DNA of 64,000 nucleotides from Octopus sinensis (GCF_006345805.1 NC_043001.1:39432001-39496000); one strand, 5' to 3'. Shown: positions 37,236-52,511, numbered from the stretch's first letter. Made by a program: numbers and translations. The notes: a model not told the origin generated them from the letters alone.

Positions 37236-37628
37236 GAAATATTTTAAAAATACATTATACTATGTAATGATTTCAACGATTAGCTCATCTTTTAATTCAA
37301 ACCTAGGAGTGTCGTTCAATTGGACACCTCTGATACATATTTGCCCTATGCTACTTATTTGGAGTTTAAATCTCTAATTTCCATACTCATCTATAGAGGG
37401 AACATCTATGATACCTCTTTACTTATATCTTCAAATATCTGTTGTAGCTGTTAGTTATATATCTGACATGACTCACATCTCTTTTCCACACAGATAAAAG
37501 TATGAATCTCCTAGATTCAATTTTTCTACTATATTCCTTCTCAAGTTCTTCGTATTATGGTTTTTACTTCCTGCACTGAAGAGTATGTTGATACGTAATT
37601 AATTTTATTTTATCCAATCATGAATTTA

Positions 37629-37629
<1 letters not shown>

Positions 37630-37708
<79 letters not shown>

Positions 37709-37748
37709 CCACCACCATCATCACCATCACCATCATCATCATTATTAT
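37630..37748. repeat. (CAT/CAC)n microsatellite
   Basis: Direct inspection; produces the poly-His ORF. Confidence 0.95.
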
Positions 37749-38544
37749 TATGTCTCTGTTCGAAATGATCATCTTCAAGGATTAAACATATATTTTAACA
37801 ACTTGTCTCCTCTGTTTTTAACTAAATTAATGAATTTTATGGAACTTCATTCCATAAATTCACCATATATTATATACAAGTACTACTTTCATATCTTTGC
37901 AAATTTACACCTGTAAACTCCCAGCAACGTATGAAGAACCAACATCAGAAATCATTTTTGGAAACCTCCAAATTAAAGGACAAATCCACATTCAACAGTT
38001 ACACACCTATATATATATATATATATACATACATACATACATATGTTAATATTGCACAAGGAGAATGAGTGCTTCACACTGCATTGGTGGATAGTTTTTA
38101 ATTGTAGGTTAACCTGGTTACCAATGGTTTTATGGTAAGACAGGTATCTCTTAGCTATTACCAAGTCTGTCACATGGAATGTGGCTGCTTGAATGAAAAC
38201 AGTAAAATCACATGAGATCACACATGGATTTAGAGCAAACAAACAAATATGCCCAACAGGAGGAACTACTCTCAAATTATCATCTCCCTTGCATTATATA
38301 TACATACATATGTTTGTGTGTGTGTGTGTATATATATTCAGTAATCCCTTGACTATCACAGATGTTATATTCCAAATCCTCTATGATAGGTGAAAATCCA
38401 TGAAGTAGAAACAGTATTGTACTGTATATTTTTTATTACTTTTTTTGTAGATATTTATTTTATTATTAATTCAAAACAACACCAAGGAGGAAACAACGTA
38501 ATCTTAAATAAACCACGATATGGTAAGAGATTACTGAGTATTCT

Positions 38545-38716
38545 TTGCTTTTACTTGTTTCAGTCATTTGATTGTGCCATACTGGAGCACTGCCTTTAGT
38601 TGAACAAATCTTCCCCAGGACTTATTCTTTGTAAGCCTAGGACTTATTCAATCGGTTTCTTTTTGCCAAACTACTAAGTAATGGGAATGTAAACACACCA
38701 ACATTGGTTGTCAAGT
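38545..38716 (-). mobile_element. SINE body fragment
   Basis: cttttacttgtttcagtcatttg...ggacttattc...aaacacaccaacattggttgtcaag, a recognisable octopus-type SINE 3' region. Confidence 0.45.
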
Positions 38717-38767
38717 ACAAATAACAAATACATACATACATATAAATACATATATATATATATATGT

Positions 38768-38924
38768 TACAGGCTTCTTTCAGTTTCCATCTACCAAATC
38801 TACTCACAAGGCTTTTGTCGGCCCAAGGCTATAGTAGAAGACACTTGCCCAAGGTACTATGCAGTGGGTCTGATCCTGGAACCATGTGGTAGGAAGCAAG
38901 CTTCTTACCACACAGCCACTCCTC

Positions 38925-38930
<6 letters not shown>
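38768..38930 (-). mobile_element. tRNA-derived SINE
   Basis: Reverse complement of the 19981 family. Confidence 0.75.
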
Positions 38931-38980
<50 letters not shown>

Positions 38981-38994
38981 TTCTTTCTTGGCCT

Positions 38995-39270
38995 GACCGC
39001 CGACCGCCAACATCTCTTATGTCCATCTCATGGAACGCATTGTCAAGAAATTGATCACATTCCTTGAAGATAATGAATTGCTCCCTGACACCTAGCATGG
39101 CTTCCACTCAAGAAGAAGTTGCATTACACAGCTTTTGCAGCATTATAACTGGGTGTTGAAACAAAGAATCACTCATCAGTGAATGTGATATATATCAATT
39201 TTGCAAAGGCCATTGATTAGATCAATCATGGAATGATACATCAGAATCTATGGAGGTTTGGCATATGAAA
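38995..39270 (+). mobile_element. CR1-group LINE RT N-terminal remnant
   Basis: MERIVKK..FLEDNELL..HGFHSRRSCITQLL..YINFAKA.D. Confidence 0.75.
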
Positions 39271-39944
39271 CCAGAGAAAAGTGAATAATAAAATAAAATA
39301 AAATTATATAACATAATATTGTTAGGGAAAAGCTGAATGAAAAGTGTTGGGATGCAAGGTAATTGGTGAGTTGGTCTTGCAATGCCTTCAGTTTGTACTA
39401 TAATGATTAAGTTCTATATCTAGGATTGTGTCTAGAGTTTTGTACTCATAAATTAGATGTATTTTGTTATTTATTTAGGTACATGTACAATCACTGCATT
39501 TGGTATACATTAATGTTTTATACATACATGCACAGTTTTTCACTGGTAACATGTAGAGGCAGCTATCTCTGTGTTTTTTTACACACCTGTGTCTATTTAA
39601 ATATGTGTATATGTATGTGTGCGTATGTATATCTATATTGTGTGTGTAAATGTATATATCTGCAAATATATATGTGCATATATAAGTGCACGGACTGTAT
39701 GTAATGGTAGTTGTCTGTGTGTCTCCTATGTGCATGTCTACATATATGTACATACCTACCCCTTTATCATGTGTATACTTATGTGTACGTGAGTATAAAT
39801 ATATATATAGTGACAGAAGGAGAAAGAGTGAGAGAAACATACATATACATACACATACATACTCATGCGTACATATATATAAGTAGGCATTTTGTAGAAA
39901 AAAAAGAATAGTAATGGAAACAAGTATAAATATAATAATCCTTT

Positions 39945-40152
39945 CTACTAAAGGCACAAGGCCTGAAATTTGGCAGGAGGGGACTAGTCAATTGCATTGA
40001 TCCCAGTGTTTCACTGGTACTTAATTTATTGACCCTGAGAGAATGAAAGGCTAAGCTGACTTGAGCGAAATTTGAACTCAGAATGCAGCAGAAGACGAAA
40101 TACCACTAAGCATTTTGCCTGGTGTGCTAATGATTTTGCCAGCTCACCACCT
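39945..40152 (-). mobile_element. tRNA-derived SINE (second family)
   Basis: Reverse-strand homolog of 32871-33065. Confidence 0.65.
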
Positions 40153-40399
40153 TAAGTATAAATATAACAGTGCAAATGCAACTATCAGATCAAAATGCCA
40201 CAAATAACACAAGAAAAAGAAACTAATTATATTATAAGTATAATGTTATATAGGTTTACAGTATAGAAAAGATTAATATTTAACAAGTTGGCAGCTTAAA
40301 ATAAGTTCATCATGCCAATTATAATCATAATTACGCTATTTTTACTATTTTAAAAATGCTTCTGATATTCAAAGACCACACCACTATAATGTTGCACAT

Positions 40400-40675
40400 A
40401 ATCGAATAGTGACCAATAAATTTTGTATTCAATATTACTAACCCTTAATGCATGTACAAAATTAGGTAGGGATGTATGATTAGCTTTTCTTTATATCTAA
40501 ATGTAGATCTAGGATTATTCCATCTAATTTTAAATGAAGAGGATGCACCAATGTAGATATGTTCATTACCAAGAGCCTTAATTGAACATTTACATACAAT
40601 ATTTTCTCTAATACATTGGTTATTAATAGGACATTTGGTTTTATCACGACAGTTACAATAGGTAAAATAATAATA
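40400..40675 (-). mobile_element. Penelope-like GIY-YIG remnant
   Basis: Minus: YCNCRDKTKCPINNQCIRENIVCKCSIKALGNEHIYIGASSSFKIRWNN. Confidence 0.7.
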
Positions 40676-40681
40676 ATATTG

Positions 40682-40741
<60 letters not shown>

Positions 40742-40749
40742 TGTTGTTG

Positions 40750-40801
<52 letters not shown>

Positions 40802-41149
40802 GTATATGATTAGTTAAATAATACTATTATTACTGAAATTAGAAGCATGAGTATAATTATTTTTGAGGTTACATATTATAGATGGATGAGCTATAAAAGT
40901 ATTAATTGCAGCATTGAATGTATTATCATTTGTTTGATTATTAGAAGCTAGCTATTTTAGATTCTGATAATTAAATCTAGATTCAGTAATATTGAGCATT
41001 GTTAAAATAGAATAATTTAACGATATGTCTATTGAAAATCCCATGAAATGGGCTAGATTTAAGGAAATTTTAAACCTAGAAGAACTTTCACCTGAGGACA
41101 TAGCTTAAATTCTGTATTATTAAAAAAATTTTTGCCTTATACAAATCTC

Positions 41150-42350
41150 TTGGCAAAACTTCCCATTTATGAGTTCTAAACATCTTTCATCTCTTAGACT
41201 GGTAGCTTCCTATCAGATTGAGCCATTGCAGCATATGCTGATCAGAGCCCTTTCTATTTCCCTCTCAGTCAAACTTGATGGTCCCCAGGGTTCAGTTTTA
41301 CCCCACCACTCTTTTCCTTCTATACATCAATGACTTATCAGCCATGGCATCTAACAATGCCCATTCTTAGGCTAATGATATGAATCTTTATTCCTCCCTA
41401 TCTTTCCCTGACCATGCATCATTCTTACCTCCTGCCAAACTTGCATTGATTCCATGAATAGAGACCATGTGAACATCCTCCAGAGGGTTCGTGCCAACTG
41501 CATCTCTTTTAGTAGCAAAAACAAAAAGAAAGAAAAAATTTTAGCACTACTGATAACAAGAAAACAACACTGCACTCACCTCACATATGTCATACACAAC
41601 TAACTTACAGTCACTCCAAATACAGGGTTTCATTACCACTGGAGACATCTCCAAGTGAAAGCACATTCTGAGCATGAATAGGAATGCAACTCAGAATAGC
41701 CTTTCTCTTCATGATCAGAATATTTCAGACTCTAACAGCTGCAGAATCTCTACAAGATTCAAGTGAGATCCTCAGTAGAGTAATGCATTCACAATTAGGA
41801 CAGGGTTGCTGCTATGCACACAAACGTTTTGAGTCCACATCCACAGAAGGGCTACATAGTCTGTGCACCTTGGAGCATGCTGGCCTTTAATACTATCACT
41901 CAGACCTCCTCCATCTCACTCCACTCTCCTCTTGTTAACCACTCTTGTTATCTCCACACTAACCACTATACCCAGTCCTTTGCAGATTATTGACCTTTTG
42001 TTTCAAATCTCCTACCTGCTCATAGACATGCAGATACTATCATAAAAATACCAGGTAATTTGTAGAAGACATGGAGGGATGTGATTTCATAGCTAAGTAA
42101 GAAGATCCACATAAAAAGTGGGAACAAACCCATCATATAAGAAAAAGATTTTTCAACTACACATGGAGGAGGCAAGAACTTTGCAAGCTGGAACAACAAC
42201 CTGGCAAGGAAAGCAGTAACTCTGAATGATAAGATGTTGTGGGCACATCTGATTCCAGAAAGACCAGCTTTCCAGTGCCACTGATATGATAGTATACACA
42301 ATGATATAAAGCAGTTACTCATATGAAGGGCATGCAGCCCACTGAAAGCC
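41150..42350 (+). mobile_element. Highly decayed CR1/L2/Jockey-group LINE RT
   Basis: PQGSVL..LFLLYINDL segment and downstream RT C-terminal homology. Confidence 0.6.
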
Positions 42351-42500
42351 TTACCAAAATCATGTTTATCACAAATACTATATAAAACCTTAACAATTTC
42401 ATATATAGAAGAGTTAGAACACTTAATACTGGGTATTCCTGAGCTTTCTGATCCAGATTTGTAGATAATAGCCTCATGCTGACTTCTCTCTCTCTCTCTC

Positions 42501-42552
<52 letters not shown>

Positions 42553-42555
<3 letters not shown>

Positions 42556-42655
42556 CTGTTTACTTATTTATACATATGATTATAATTAATAGATAGATCC
42601 AATTGATGTTTGCAGGCTGATATTTGTTAATTGAGTATTTCCATTTTCTTCTTTG

Positions 42656-42693
<38 letters not shown>

Positions 42694-42797
42694 GCAAAGA
42701 AAAAAATGGAGATAATCAATTAACAAATATCAGCCTGCAAACATCAATTGGATCTATTTATTAATTATAATCATATGTATAAATAAGCAAACAGAAA
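42553..42797. repeat. Inverted repeat with 106-bp arms around a (TA)n spacer
   Basis: 42553-42658 vs 42692-42797, reverse-complementary with few mismatches. Confidence 0.85.
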
Positions 42798-43029
42798 AGT
42801 AAATAAATAAATGAACAAGAATAAGAGAGTGAATAATATTTCTTTGCCTTATAAATTCTGGGTAAATTTCTGTTTACACCCACTCATACCTATTATTCAA
42901 CTGCACTATTTCTTTGCAACAGTATGCATTTGGATATAAATACATAGGTATACATTCAGTAGTATATTTATTATCCCTTAGATGGTTGTTTAACCTCTAA
43001 CTCAAATAGACGTATACATATACATACAT

Positions 43030-43091
<62 letters not shown>

Positions 43092-43486
43092 AGATTGAAT
43101 AAAAAGAGCACAATAAATGGAAAAATTTAACAGAGCCACAACATATGGAAAAGTAGACAAAATCATAGTACACAGAAAATTCACAGTTGTTTCCGCATTA
43201 GTCAATGTCCAAGAAATCACAGTGGTTTCATGGTTTTACCATTGATATCACTCCATCTTGGCAGTGCCAAAGCAGAAAGCTTCTGGGAATAGCTAGCGAA
43301 CATATATAACAAGCACTAAAACAAACAAGACAAACTAAAATAATATAACAATAATATGGCTACAATAAAAAAATAACTATACAAATACAGCAGAAAAAGA
43401 ATAATTATACATGTACATCAGTAAAAAGTCTTACAGCCATAAAATGTGTGTGTGTATATGTATATATATATATATATGTGTGTGTT

Positions 43487-43525
<39 letters not shown>

Positions 43526-43609
43526 GTATATATATGTATGTATATGTATATATATATGTATATATACATATGTTTATATATATGTATTTATATATATATG
43601 TTTATATAT

Positions 43610-43648
<39 letters not shown>

Positions 43649-44539
43649 CCAACCCATGCTAGCACGGAAAACGGACGTTAAACGATGATGATGATGATTA
43701 TGATGATGATGATATATAATATTAGGGAGCATAACTCCAAACTTACAAGGAAAAATTCAATTTAGTATTAAATCAAATTTCACAATATAAGTATATAATA
43801 TATAAATTAGAGAAAAACCACTATTATGCAATTCAAACAATGATAGACATAAACCAAATCATAACTAAAAAATAAAATATATTTTTTAAAACATATAACT
43901 AGATCACAAAAAGTTTAAAATTGTATAATCAATATATAATAAGTAAAAAAATCTATGTACGTTTCATGGCTATAATTAAATTCGAATTACAATTAAATTT
44001 AAATTTAATTGAAAATCAATTCAATTTTAAATTATAGTCCCCCCTTTATATCAATTTATGTGATCAGCACGGATGATGGTGAAATCTTTTATTTTCACCT
44101 TGGCAGCCATATGTGTGCTGTTCAGGAAAGTGTCAGTGAGGATAAAGAAAGGGAAGCAATGTGTCATTTTGGCAAGCCAACTATAAATGGGATCTTCCAT
44201 TTTTGGGCAATGAGTGATGGGTTGATGCCACATACATTTAACAAGAATGTTGAGGTAAAGGTAGCTTGATATTTGCATTGTTCTAAGTTATGTTTTATGT
44301 TGTTCAGAGGTAGCAATGTGAGTAGTTTTTGTATGGAGCTGTGTGTGTATGATTTTCTAGCTGGTGGTGGGTGGGTGTTCCTTGTGTTTTGCATAGATGG
44401 TTGCTGATAGCTTGTTGTATCTCCTGGTTTAGGTCGACCTTCATATTTTCTAGATAAGTTAGTAATAAATATATATATATGTATATAAATTAGAGAAGAA
44501 CCACCATGTAGCAATTCAGCAATGATATACTTAAATCAT

Positions 44540-44790
44540 ACCATCATCATCATCATCATCATCGTTTAACGTCCATTTTCCATACTAGCATGGGTTGGAC
44601 GGTTCAACTGGGGTCTGGGAAGCCAGAAGGCTGCGCCAGGCCCAGTCTGATCTGGCAGTGTTTCTACAGCTGGATGCCCTTCCTAATGCCAACCACTCCG
44701 AGAGTGTAGTGGGTGCTTTTTATGTGCCACCTGCACAGGTGCCTGATGAGGCTGGCAAAGGCCACAATCGGATGGTGCTTTTTACGTGCC
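44540..44790 (-). mobile_element. RTE LINE 3' tail
   Basis: Same tail sequence as the other copies. Confidence 0.85.
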
Positions 44791-45566
44791 AAAAATTAAA
44801 GATACAATAAAGCATTTACCTAGAACTAAATAAAGTACAAAATAATAAATAATTAGTATATAATTAGTAAATATAGTTACTCATCAGGTCTAAGATAAAA
44901 ACAACAAAATACTTAAATAAATGTACGTATATTATCTTATAAGAAAATATAAACATATATAAAAATATGTAATTTTACAATAAAAAAACGAACAAAATTC
45001 TACAATAGCTCCATCTATTTCTGACTTGAATTCATACAAAAAGCGATTCATTAATTCCTTCTTTCATGAGAAAGCTACCTGTAGGAATTTTTTAATGAAT
45101 CAGCCCTAATAACCTGTACTAAAGCTGCCTATGTATGGAATGAAATGTGTAGACACAATAGTAGTAGTAGCAGTGGTTTGGGACCATGCACTGTAACAAC
45201 ACATCACTGCATCGATCATTTGTTGGTGATTCCATACTCCTGGAGGGTGACACCTCTGCACCACTCAGGTGACAACCTTCTAGGCCATGGGCCTGTGTGT
45301 GTAGTCATTGCAGGTGAGACTTTTATGAGGTCAGAGTGCAAATCTTATTTCCACCTCTTCCACATGTCATATAGAGAAAACATTGGATCTATTCTTTGAC
45401 ATGCAGACCCCCACACAGCACTAAATGAAGTGCTTTACTCAAGAACAGAATACATTGCTCAGTCTGAAAATTGAACCCATACACTGGCGATTATGATTGC
45501 AATACACTAACCTCTTGGCCATATGCCTTCACAAAAAAAACAAGAGATGCAGTAAAATGAGAAATA

Positions 45567-46150
45567 CAAGGTGTAGTCAAAAAGTATCCAACCTTGATTT
45601 TTTACGCACAAAATAATAATGCATGAACAAAATCTGCATGAATATTAGGTGGCTGCATTCTTCCTGAGCATGCACAAAAATTTTCATTTCTGTAGGTTGT
45701 GCCATTCACCCACAGTGATGCATTGAGTACAGACATGGAGAGTGTGTGGTGCAATTTTTCTTTTTGTGTCGTGATGACCAAGCACATTGAGCAAAGATAC
45801 TGTATCAAATTTTACTAAACACTTGGTGATACGCAAACCCAGGCTATTGAGGAGATTCAGAAAGCCTTTGGAGATGATGCTATGGGAAAAACACAAATAA
45901 AAGAGTGGTACAACCGGTTCAAAAATGACTTCACCTCAGTGGACAGTGGGCCATGTTGTGGCCAGGCAATTAACAAAAAGTACTACCTGGGGGTTCTTTG
46001 TCACCTTCATGAAGTTGTGCGGTGAAAACAACCCAACCTGTGGGCAGCAAAGAACTGGCAACTCCACCATGACAACACACCCACTCATTCCACCCACATC
46101 ATCCAAGCATTCCTCATCAAGCAAAACAAACACTTTCTCTCTTGCAACAT
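45567..46150 (+). mobile_element. Internally deleted mariner remnant
   Basis: MTKHIEQRYCIKF..QKAFGDDAMGKTQIKEWYNRFK joined to WQLHHDNTPTH. Confidence 0.8.
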
Positions 46151-47371
46151 GACCTTTTAAGTCATTTATCTGTCTGACTATATTCATCTTTTCTTTATTC
46201 TTAAAGATGAAGTTATGTTTAAAGAAATGGCTAAACCATACTCAACCATCTTAAAAAAGGAAAAAGGAACACATTGAATAATGTTTTTCCAGGTCCACTG
46301 AACACAAAGAAAAGATACAGAGGTCACAGCTAGTATACCTCTGGTGAAAGGTTTTGCTCAATCAAGATTACCTTATTAAGATGTAGTCTTTTTCAGCTTT
46401 TATATAAGCTTCTTAGTATGCGGCTTTAACTCTGTAGATGGTTAACTTAACCATTGAACAGACTGTTTTCTTTCATCTTATATTCACTTTCTTGGGTGCT
46501 GCTTTTGAATTTGATTTCTACAATACTGCTGGCATTCCTTATGAATTGCAAACTTCAAAGTATTTTATTGAATATCTTATAAAGTAGGTGGTTGATTGAT
46601 AAATGTCTCCTGATTAATATTAAGAAATTTCTAGTTAGATTTGCTATTTCATATTTTCTGAGCAGTAATTTCAACTAGACATTTCATTGTCTACATTGCT
46701 TCTAGTGTTTCTCTTTTTTAAAGACATTGCAATAATAATTTGATTTTAACAGAAGTACATTTATATGAGACTACTTTAAATATTACACTTCTGCTGATTG
46801 CTGTTCTTAATTTTTCATTCAGCTGCCTAAATAATTGTATTTTATGGATTGTTAGAAGGTAAATTATGTTGAGGTTAGTAGTGTCTTTAAATTTATCAAA
46901 AGTTTCTAAAAATGTGAGCCAGGTCTCTCAATGTCTATTACATTTAAATTTGCTACTCATTTAAAAATAAATAGGGAGGCAAGCAGTTAGGTTAGCCAAA
47001 ATGTATTTTTGAAAAATGAAACTTACTTTTTGTTGAGCAAGTGTATTAAATTCATAAAACAATTATAAAATCATGTATTTACAATATTTTCAAAATAAAA
47101 TAATAAGAGTTAGATTAGTGATTATTATTTTCGTTTGACTCATTCCTGGTAGGATTTATGTGGATAGTGGGTTACTACCTGTAACTTTAGATAGCCACAA
47201 GTTTTCAAGTGCTTAGAAAGGTCCTAATAATCCTTGCTGTCCCTAAGAGATAAACTTTCTATTGGAGCTTTACCAGTCATTCCATTTCAATCTCCTTCAG
47301 TCATTTCCAACCAAACCGTCCAACCCATGCCAGCATCGAAAGTAGAGGTTAAACAACGATGATGATGATGA

Positions 47372-47456
<85 letters not shown>

Positions 47457-47496
47457 CATATATATATATATGTATATGTATATACATACACACACA

Positions 47497-47536
<40 letters not shown>

Positions 47537-47561
47537 TAATATATATGTATATATATATATA

Positions 47562-48710
47562 CAGGGGCTGGACAAAATAATGGAAACACCTTAAAATTTC
47601 AAACAGTAATTGGCAGTAATTATAGCTTGAATTCTACGCGGTATAGACTTGTACGTAGTTTGAATTATTTTCAAAGGAACTTTTGTCCATTCTTCAGCTA
47701 AAACAGTCACCAGTTCTTGTAGTGATAATGGTGGAGGATATTGAATCCTTGTTTTTCTAAAATGCACCATAAATGTTCAATAATATTGAGATCTGGAAAC
47801 TGTGGTGGCAAGATAAGACGTTCAACTTCACTAGAATGTCCTTCATGCCCTTCAGTAACAACTTTAGCTGTGTGAATTGGTGCATTATCATCTTGAAAGA
47901 TTGTGTTTCCCTCCGGAAACAGTTCCACAAACATAGGATGGATTTGATCAGATAAAATGCTTAAATAGTCTTGGGCTGACAAATCTCCAAGACACAGACA
48001 GCCCACCCCCGATCATCATAGATCCTCCTCCAGTAGGAGAAGGCAGTCTGGGTCAAATGCTTCTTTTGGTTGGTGGTCGGAAATAAGGTAAAGGATGACT
48101 CGTCAAAGAAAATAACATTCTTCCACTGCTCTAGGGACCAATTCTGTAGGTTTTTACTCCACTCTAAATGCTTTGCAACGTTTGTTTTTGAAAGTAGTGT
48201 GTTTTGGCTTTGTGCAGCTCCCAGTGAACAGTTTTTGTGGAAACTGAGTTTCCACAAGCTCATTAAGCTGTGCAGTAATATTGAGAGCTGTACTTTTGTG
48301 ATCCTTTCTAGCAATTCACGTAAGATTCCGACGGTCCCTATCTGAAAGTTTTGGTTTTCTTCTGGAGTTTTTTTTCAGTGAGGAGGTTTTCTCACTTTCT
48401 CAAAGGCTGTCATTACTTTTGAGACAGTACTTCTTGATACACTAAACATTTCGGCTGTTTTTGCTACACTAGCACCTACCATATGGGCACCAACAATTTA
48501 ACCTCTTTGAAAGTTTGATAGTTCTGTCATTTTGATGAATTTTAATCAACTTTTTCTGATGATATCTGAAAAGAAACAGCAATTTTAGCAAAACATATTA
48601 AGAAACACCAATAATAAATCAAAAAACAAAAATAAACAAGCTTTTGAGGGTTTTACAGATATTTTAAAATTATGATGCTATGATGCCAGGTGTTTCCATT
48701 ATTTTGACCA
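47562..48710 (-). mobile_element. Defective Tc1-family transposon
   Basis: TA+CAGGGGCTGGACAAAATAATGGAAACACC left TIR; partial right TIR ggtgtttccattattttgacca; FFDESSFTLF, FQDDNAPIHTAK and PQFPDLNIIEHLW motifs. Confidence 0.88.
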
Positions 48711-48727
48711 ATACACATATATATATT

Positions 48728-51033
48728 AGGAGAGAAATGTGTCCACATGGATGATGGTGCACTTGCTTTTAATGATTCTGAAAAGAAAGAGGTTTCGAGA
48801 AGCCATTATGAAAGACTGCTGAGTGTGGAGAATGAATGGGAGGAGGAGAGCCGACCAAATGTTGACCCAGTAGAGAAACCAGCTATCCCAATCAGTTCCC
48901 TGGCAGATAAAGCAATTAAGGGTATAAAGCCAGGGAAAGCCCCCAGCCCATCAGGAATCACTGCTGAGATGCTTAAAACAGCTGGTAGTGTGGGCTATGG
49001 CATAGTCACCTGCATTGTAAACCAGGTAGTTCATGATGGAGTCATACCCAATCACTAGTGTAGCAGCACCCTAGTCAACTACTACAATGGTAAAGATGAT
49101 GCCCTAGATAGAAATAACTACAGGGGTATCAAACTGCTGGATTAGGTGATGAAGGTCACAGAGAGGGTCATAGCCCATCTCATTAGGGAGAGAGTCTACT
49201 TAGATGAGATGCAGTTTGGTTTTGTGCCGGGTTGAAGCACCACTGATGCCATATTCCTGGTTCAACAACTACAGGAGAAATACCTAGCTAAAGATAAACC
49301 CCTTTACTTAGCTTTTGTGGACTTGGAGAAAGCCTTTCACAGGGTCCCCCGATCCCTTATTTAGTGGGCGATGCAGAAACGGGAGATTGACGAATGGTTA
49401 ATAAGGGCTGTACAAGCCCTATACAGAGAGGCCGTTAGTAAAGTTAGGATTGGCAATGAGTATAGTGAAAATTTCCAGGTAGAAGTAGGAGTCCACCAAA
49501 GTTCAGCCCTCAGTCCCCTTTTAATCATCATAGTCCTCCAGGCAATAACAGGAATTCAAGATGGGTTGCCCCTGGGAGCTTCTCTATGCTGATGACCTGG
49601 CCCTAATAGCAGAATTACTACCAGAACTAGAAAAGAAATTTTGGGTGTGGAAGCTAGGTTTAGAATCAAAAGACCTTAGAGTCAATGTAGCAAAGACCAA
49701 AGTTCTAGTGAGTAGGAAGGTGAACTCATGACACACTCCCTCAAGTAGGTGGCCCTGCTCGATCTGTAGAAAAGTTGTAGGTAGAAACTCCATAAGATGT
49801 ACCCAGTGTAAACTATGGACACATAAGAGGTGCAGCAACATCAAATGAAAATTAAGCGAGAAAATAGCTTTTGTGTGAGGCCGATTCACAGGGGCAATAG
49901 ACACCACACATACACAGAAAACAGATTCCATCACACTCCAGGGAGAGAAACTAGAAGTAGTTGATAGTTTCCACTACCTAGGTGACCAAGTTAGTAGTGG
50001 AGGTGGATGCTCAGAGAGTGTTACCACTAGAATAAGAATAGCCTGGTCAAAGTTTAGAAAGCTTCTACCCTTACTGGTAACAAAGGGTCTCTCGCTCAGA
50101 GTGAAAGGTAGATTGTACGACGCATATGTGTGAACTGCCATGCTTCACAGCAGTGAAACATGGCCTGTAACTGTGGAGGACATGCGTAGGCTCGAAAGAA
50201 ATGAAGCTAGCATGATCCACTGGATGAGTAATGTCAGTGTGCACACACAACAGAGTGTAAGCCCCTGAGGGAAATGTTGAACATAAGAAGATCGGATGGG
50301 GCATGCAAGACAGACGTTTGTGCTGGTATGGTCATGTACTACAGATGGATGAGGAGAGATGTGTGAAGAAGTGCTACTCCCAAACAGTTGAAGGAATCTG
50401 GGGTAGAGGTAGACCCAGGAAGACATGGGATGAGGTGGTTAAGCATGACTTTTAAATGTTGGACCTCACAGAGGCAATGATGAAAGACTGAGACCTCTGG
50501 AGATATGCTGTGATTGCGAAGACCCGACAAATAAAGTGAGTTCATTGCTGTATCCTACACCAGCTTCACACAACCAGCCCCAGCCCAGTCAAAGTACCTT
50601 GGATTGCAAGATGATCTGCTGTGCTTACCTTGGATCATGGGGCAACCTGCTGTGCTTGTGGAGACCTATTGTGTCAAGTACATCAAAATAAAAATCAAAT
50701 GGAAATTGTAGTTGAGATACACGTGATGGTGGCACGTAAAAAGTACCATCCAAACGTGGCTGATGCCAGCGCTGCCTTGGCTGGCTTCCGTGCCAGTGGC
50801 ACGTAAAAAGTACCAACCGATTGTGTCCTTTGCCAGACTCCTCTGGCCCCGGTGCTGGTGGCATGTAAAAAGCACCCACTACACTCACGGAGTGGTTGGC
50901 ATTAGGAAGGGCATCCAGCTGTAGAAACACTGCCAGATCAGACTGGAGTCTGGTGCAGCTTCCTGGCTTCCCAGACCCTGGTCGAACCGTCCAATCCATG
51001 TTAGCATGGAAAATGGATGTTAAACGATGATGG
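48728..51033 (+). mobile_element. RTE LINE (5'-truncated, decayed)
   Basis: RT motifs (MQFGFVPG, VDLEKAF, YADD), 3' UTR repeats and tail. Confidence 0.92.
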
Positions 51034-51410
51034 AGATATTTATACATACATATATATATATATATAAATATAAGTATATGCACATTTTGCTTTGATAGTT
51101 ATTGGCGGGCAAACCGAGGCTAGGATTGAGCTGAAAATTGGCAGGGATACTAAATGCGTGGTGAGGATGAGACCCGCAATGGTTAAAATTCGCAAGCTAT
51201 AAAGATGTGGTTGCTATGGCAAAAAGAGTGAAAATTCATTGTCTTTAAACGGACTTTGACAAGTGTTTGTTGTTTCTCTCTTACAGTTATCACCCTTTCT
51301 TCTTCCATCTCTCTCTTTCCCCCTTCCCTCGTCTTTATCTTTTGACAGCTTCTACTCACTCTCTTTCCCTCTCAGTATTCACTGTTTTTCTGTCGCTTTT
51401 TCTCTCCCAG

Positions 51411-51455
<45 letters not shown>

Positions 51456-51680
51456 ATCTTTCTGCATCTATAGAGAGAAGGCGTTGACAGCCGCAAGTGT
51501 GATTAATGGAGAGGAATAAAATAGTAAATAATTATATTGTGTCGGAAATATATTTCACTGTCTTGAAGTTTAAATATTCCTGCTACAGGGCTTTTACAAC
51601 GGTGAATTATTATCACCCAACACCACCACACAATAATGATAACAGATATTATTAACCAGATATTTATGTTAATTTATATA

Positions 51681-51742
<62 letters not shown>

Positions 51743-51897
51743 TATATGTAGTTGAATGAATTATCTTAGTATGGATAATTCAGTTAACCGATACCTGGGT
51801 AGCAAATTCACGTCAGAAAAACACGGTTGAAGCTACATTCCAAGGGCAGAGATCACGTACTTTCGTGTGGAAATTTGTGTGTTTTTCTAATACAAAT

Positions 51898-52207
<310 letters not shown>

Positions 52208-52465
52208 TGTATATATCGATATTTGAATATATATATGTGTGTGTGCATATATATAATGCATATATATGTGCATATATATTTAATGCGTATGTATATATAT
52301 AATGTCTGCATATGTGGTTGGATTAAGCTGAAAATTTGCACACCTACGTTAAAAGTGCCGGCGAGTTTGCATAGCAATTCTTCATCTTTTAAAATGTGGC
52401 CCACATAGATGCAAATGAAACTGGGTTATAATACCGAAACAAGTAAAACAATAATTGTCTTCTAG

Positions 52466-52511
<46 letters not shown>

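Noticed and set aside
37620-37916. Poly-histidine protein
   Set aside because: A (CAT)n microsatellite with no splice or coding context.
47030-47140. GTAAGT donor as another exon
   Set aside because: No nearby acceptor with a pyrimidine tract, and the candidate segment is AT-rich and intron-like.
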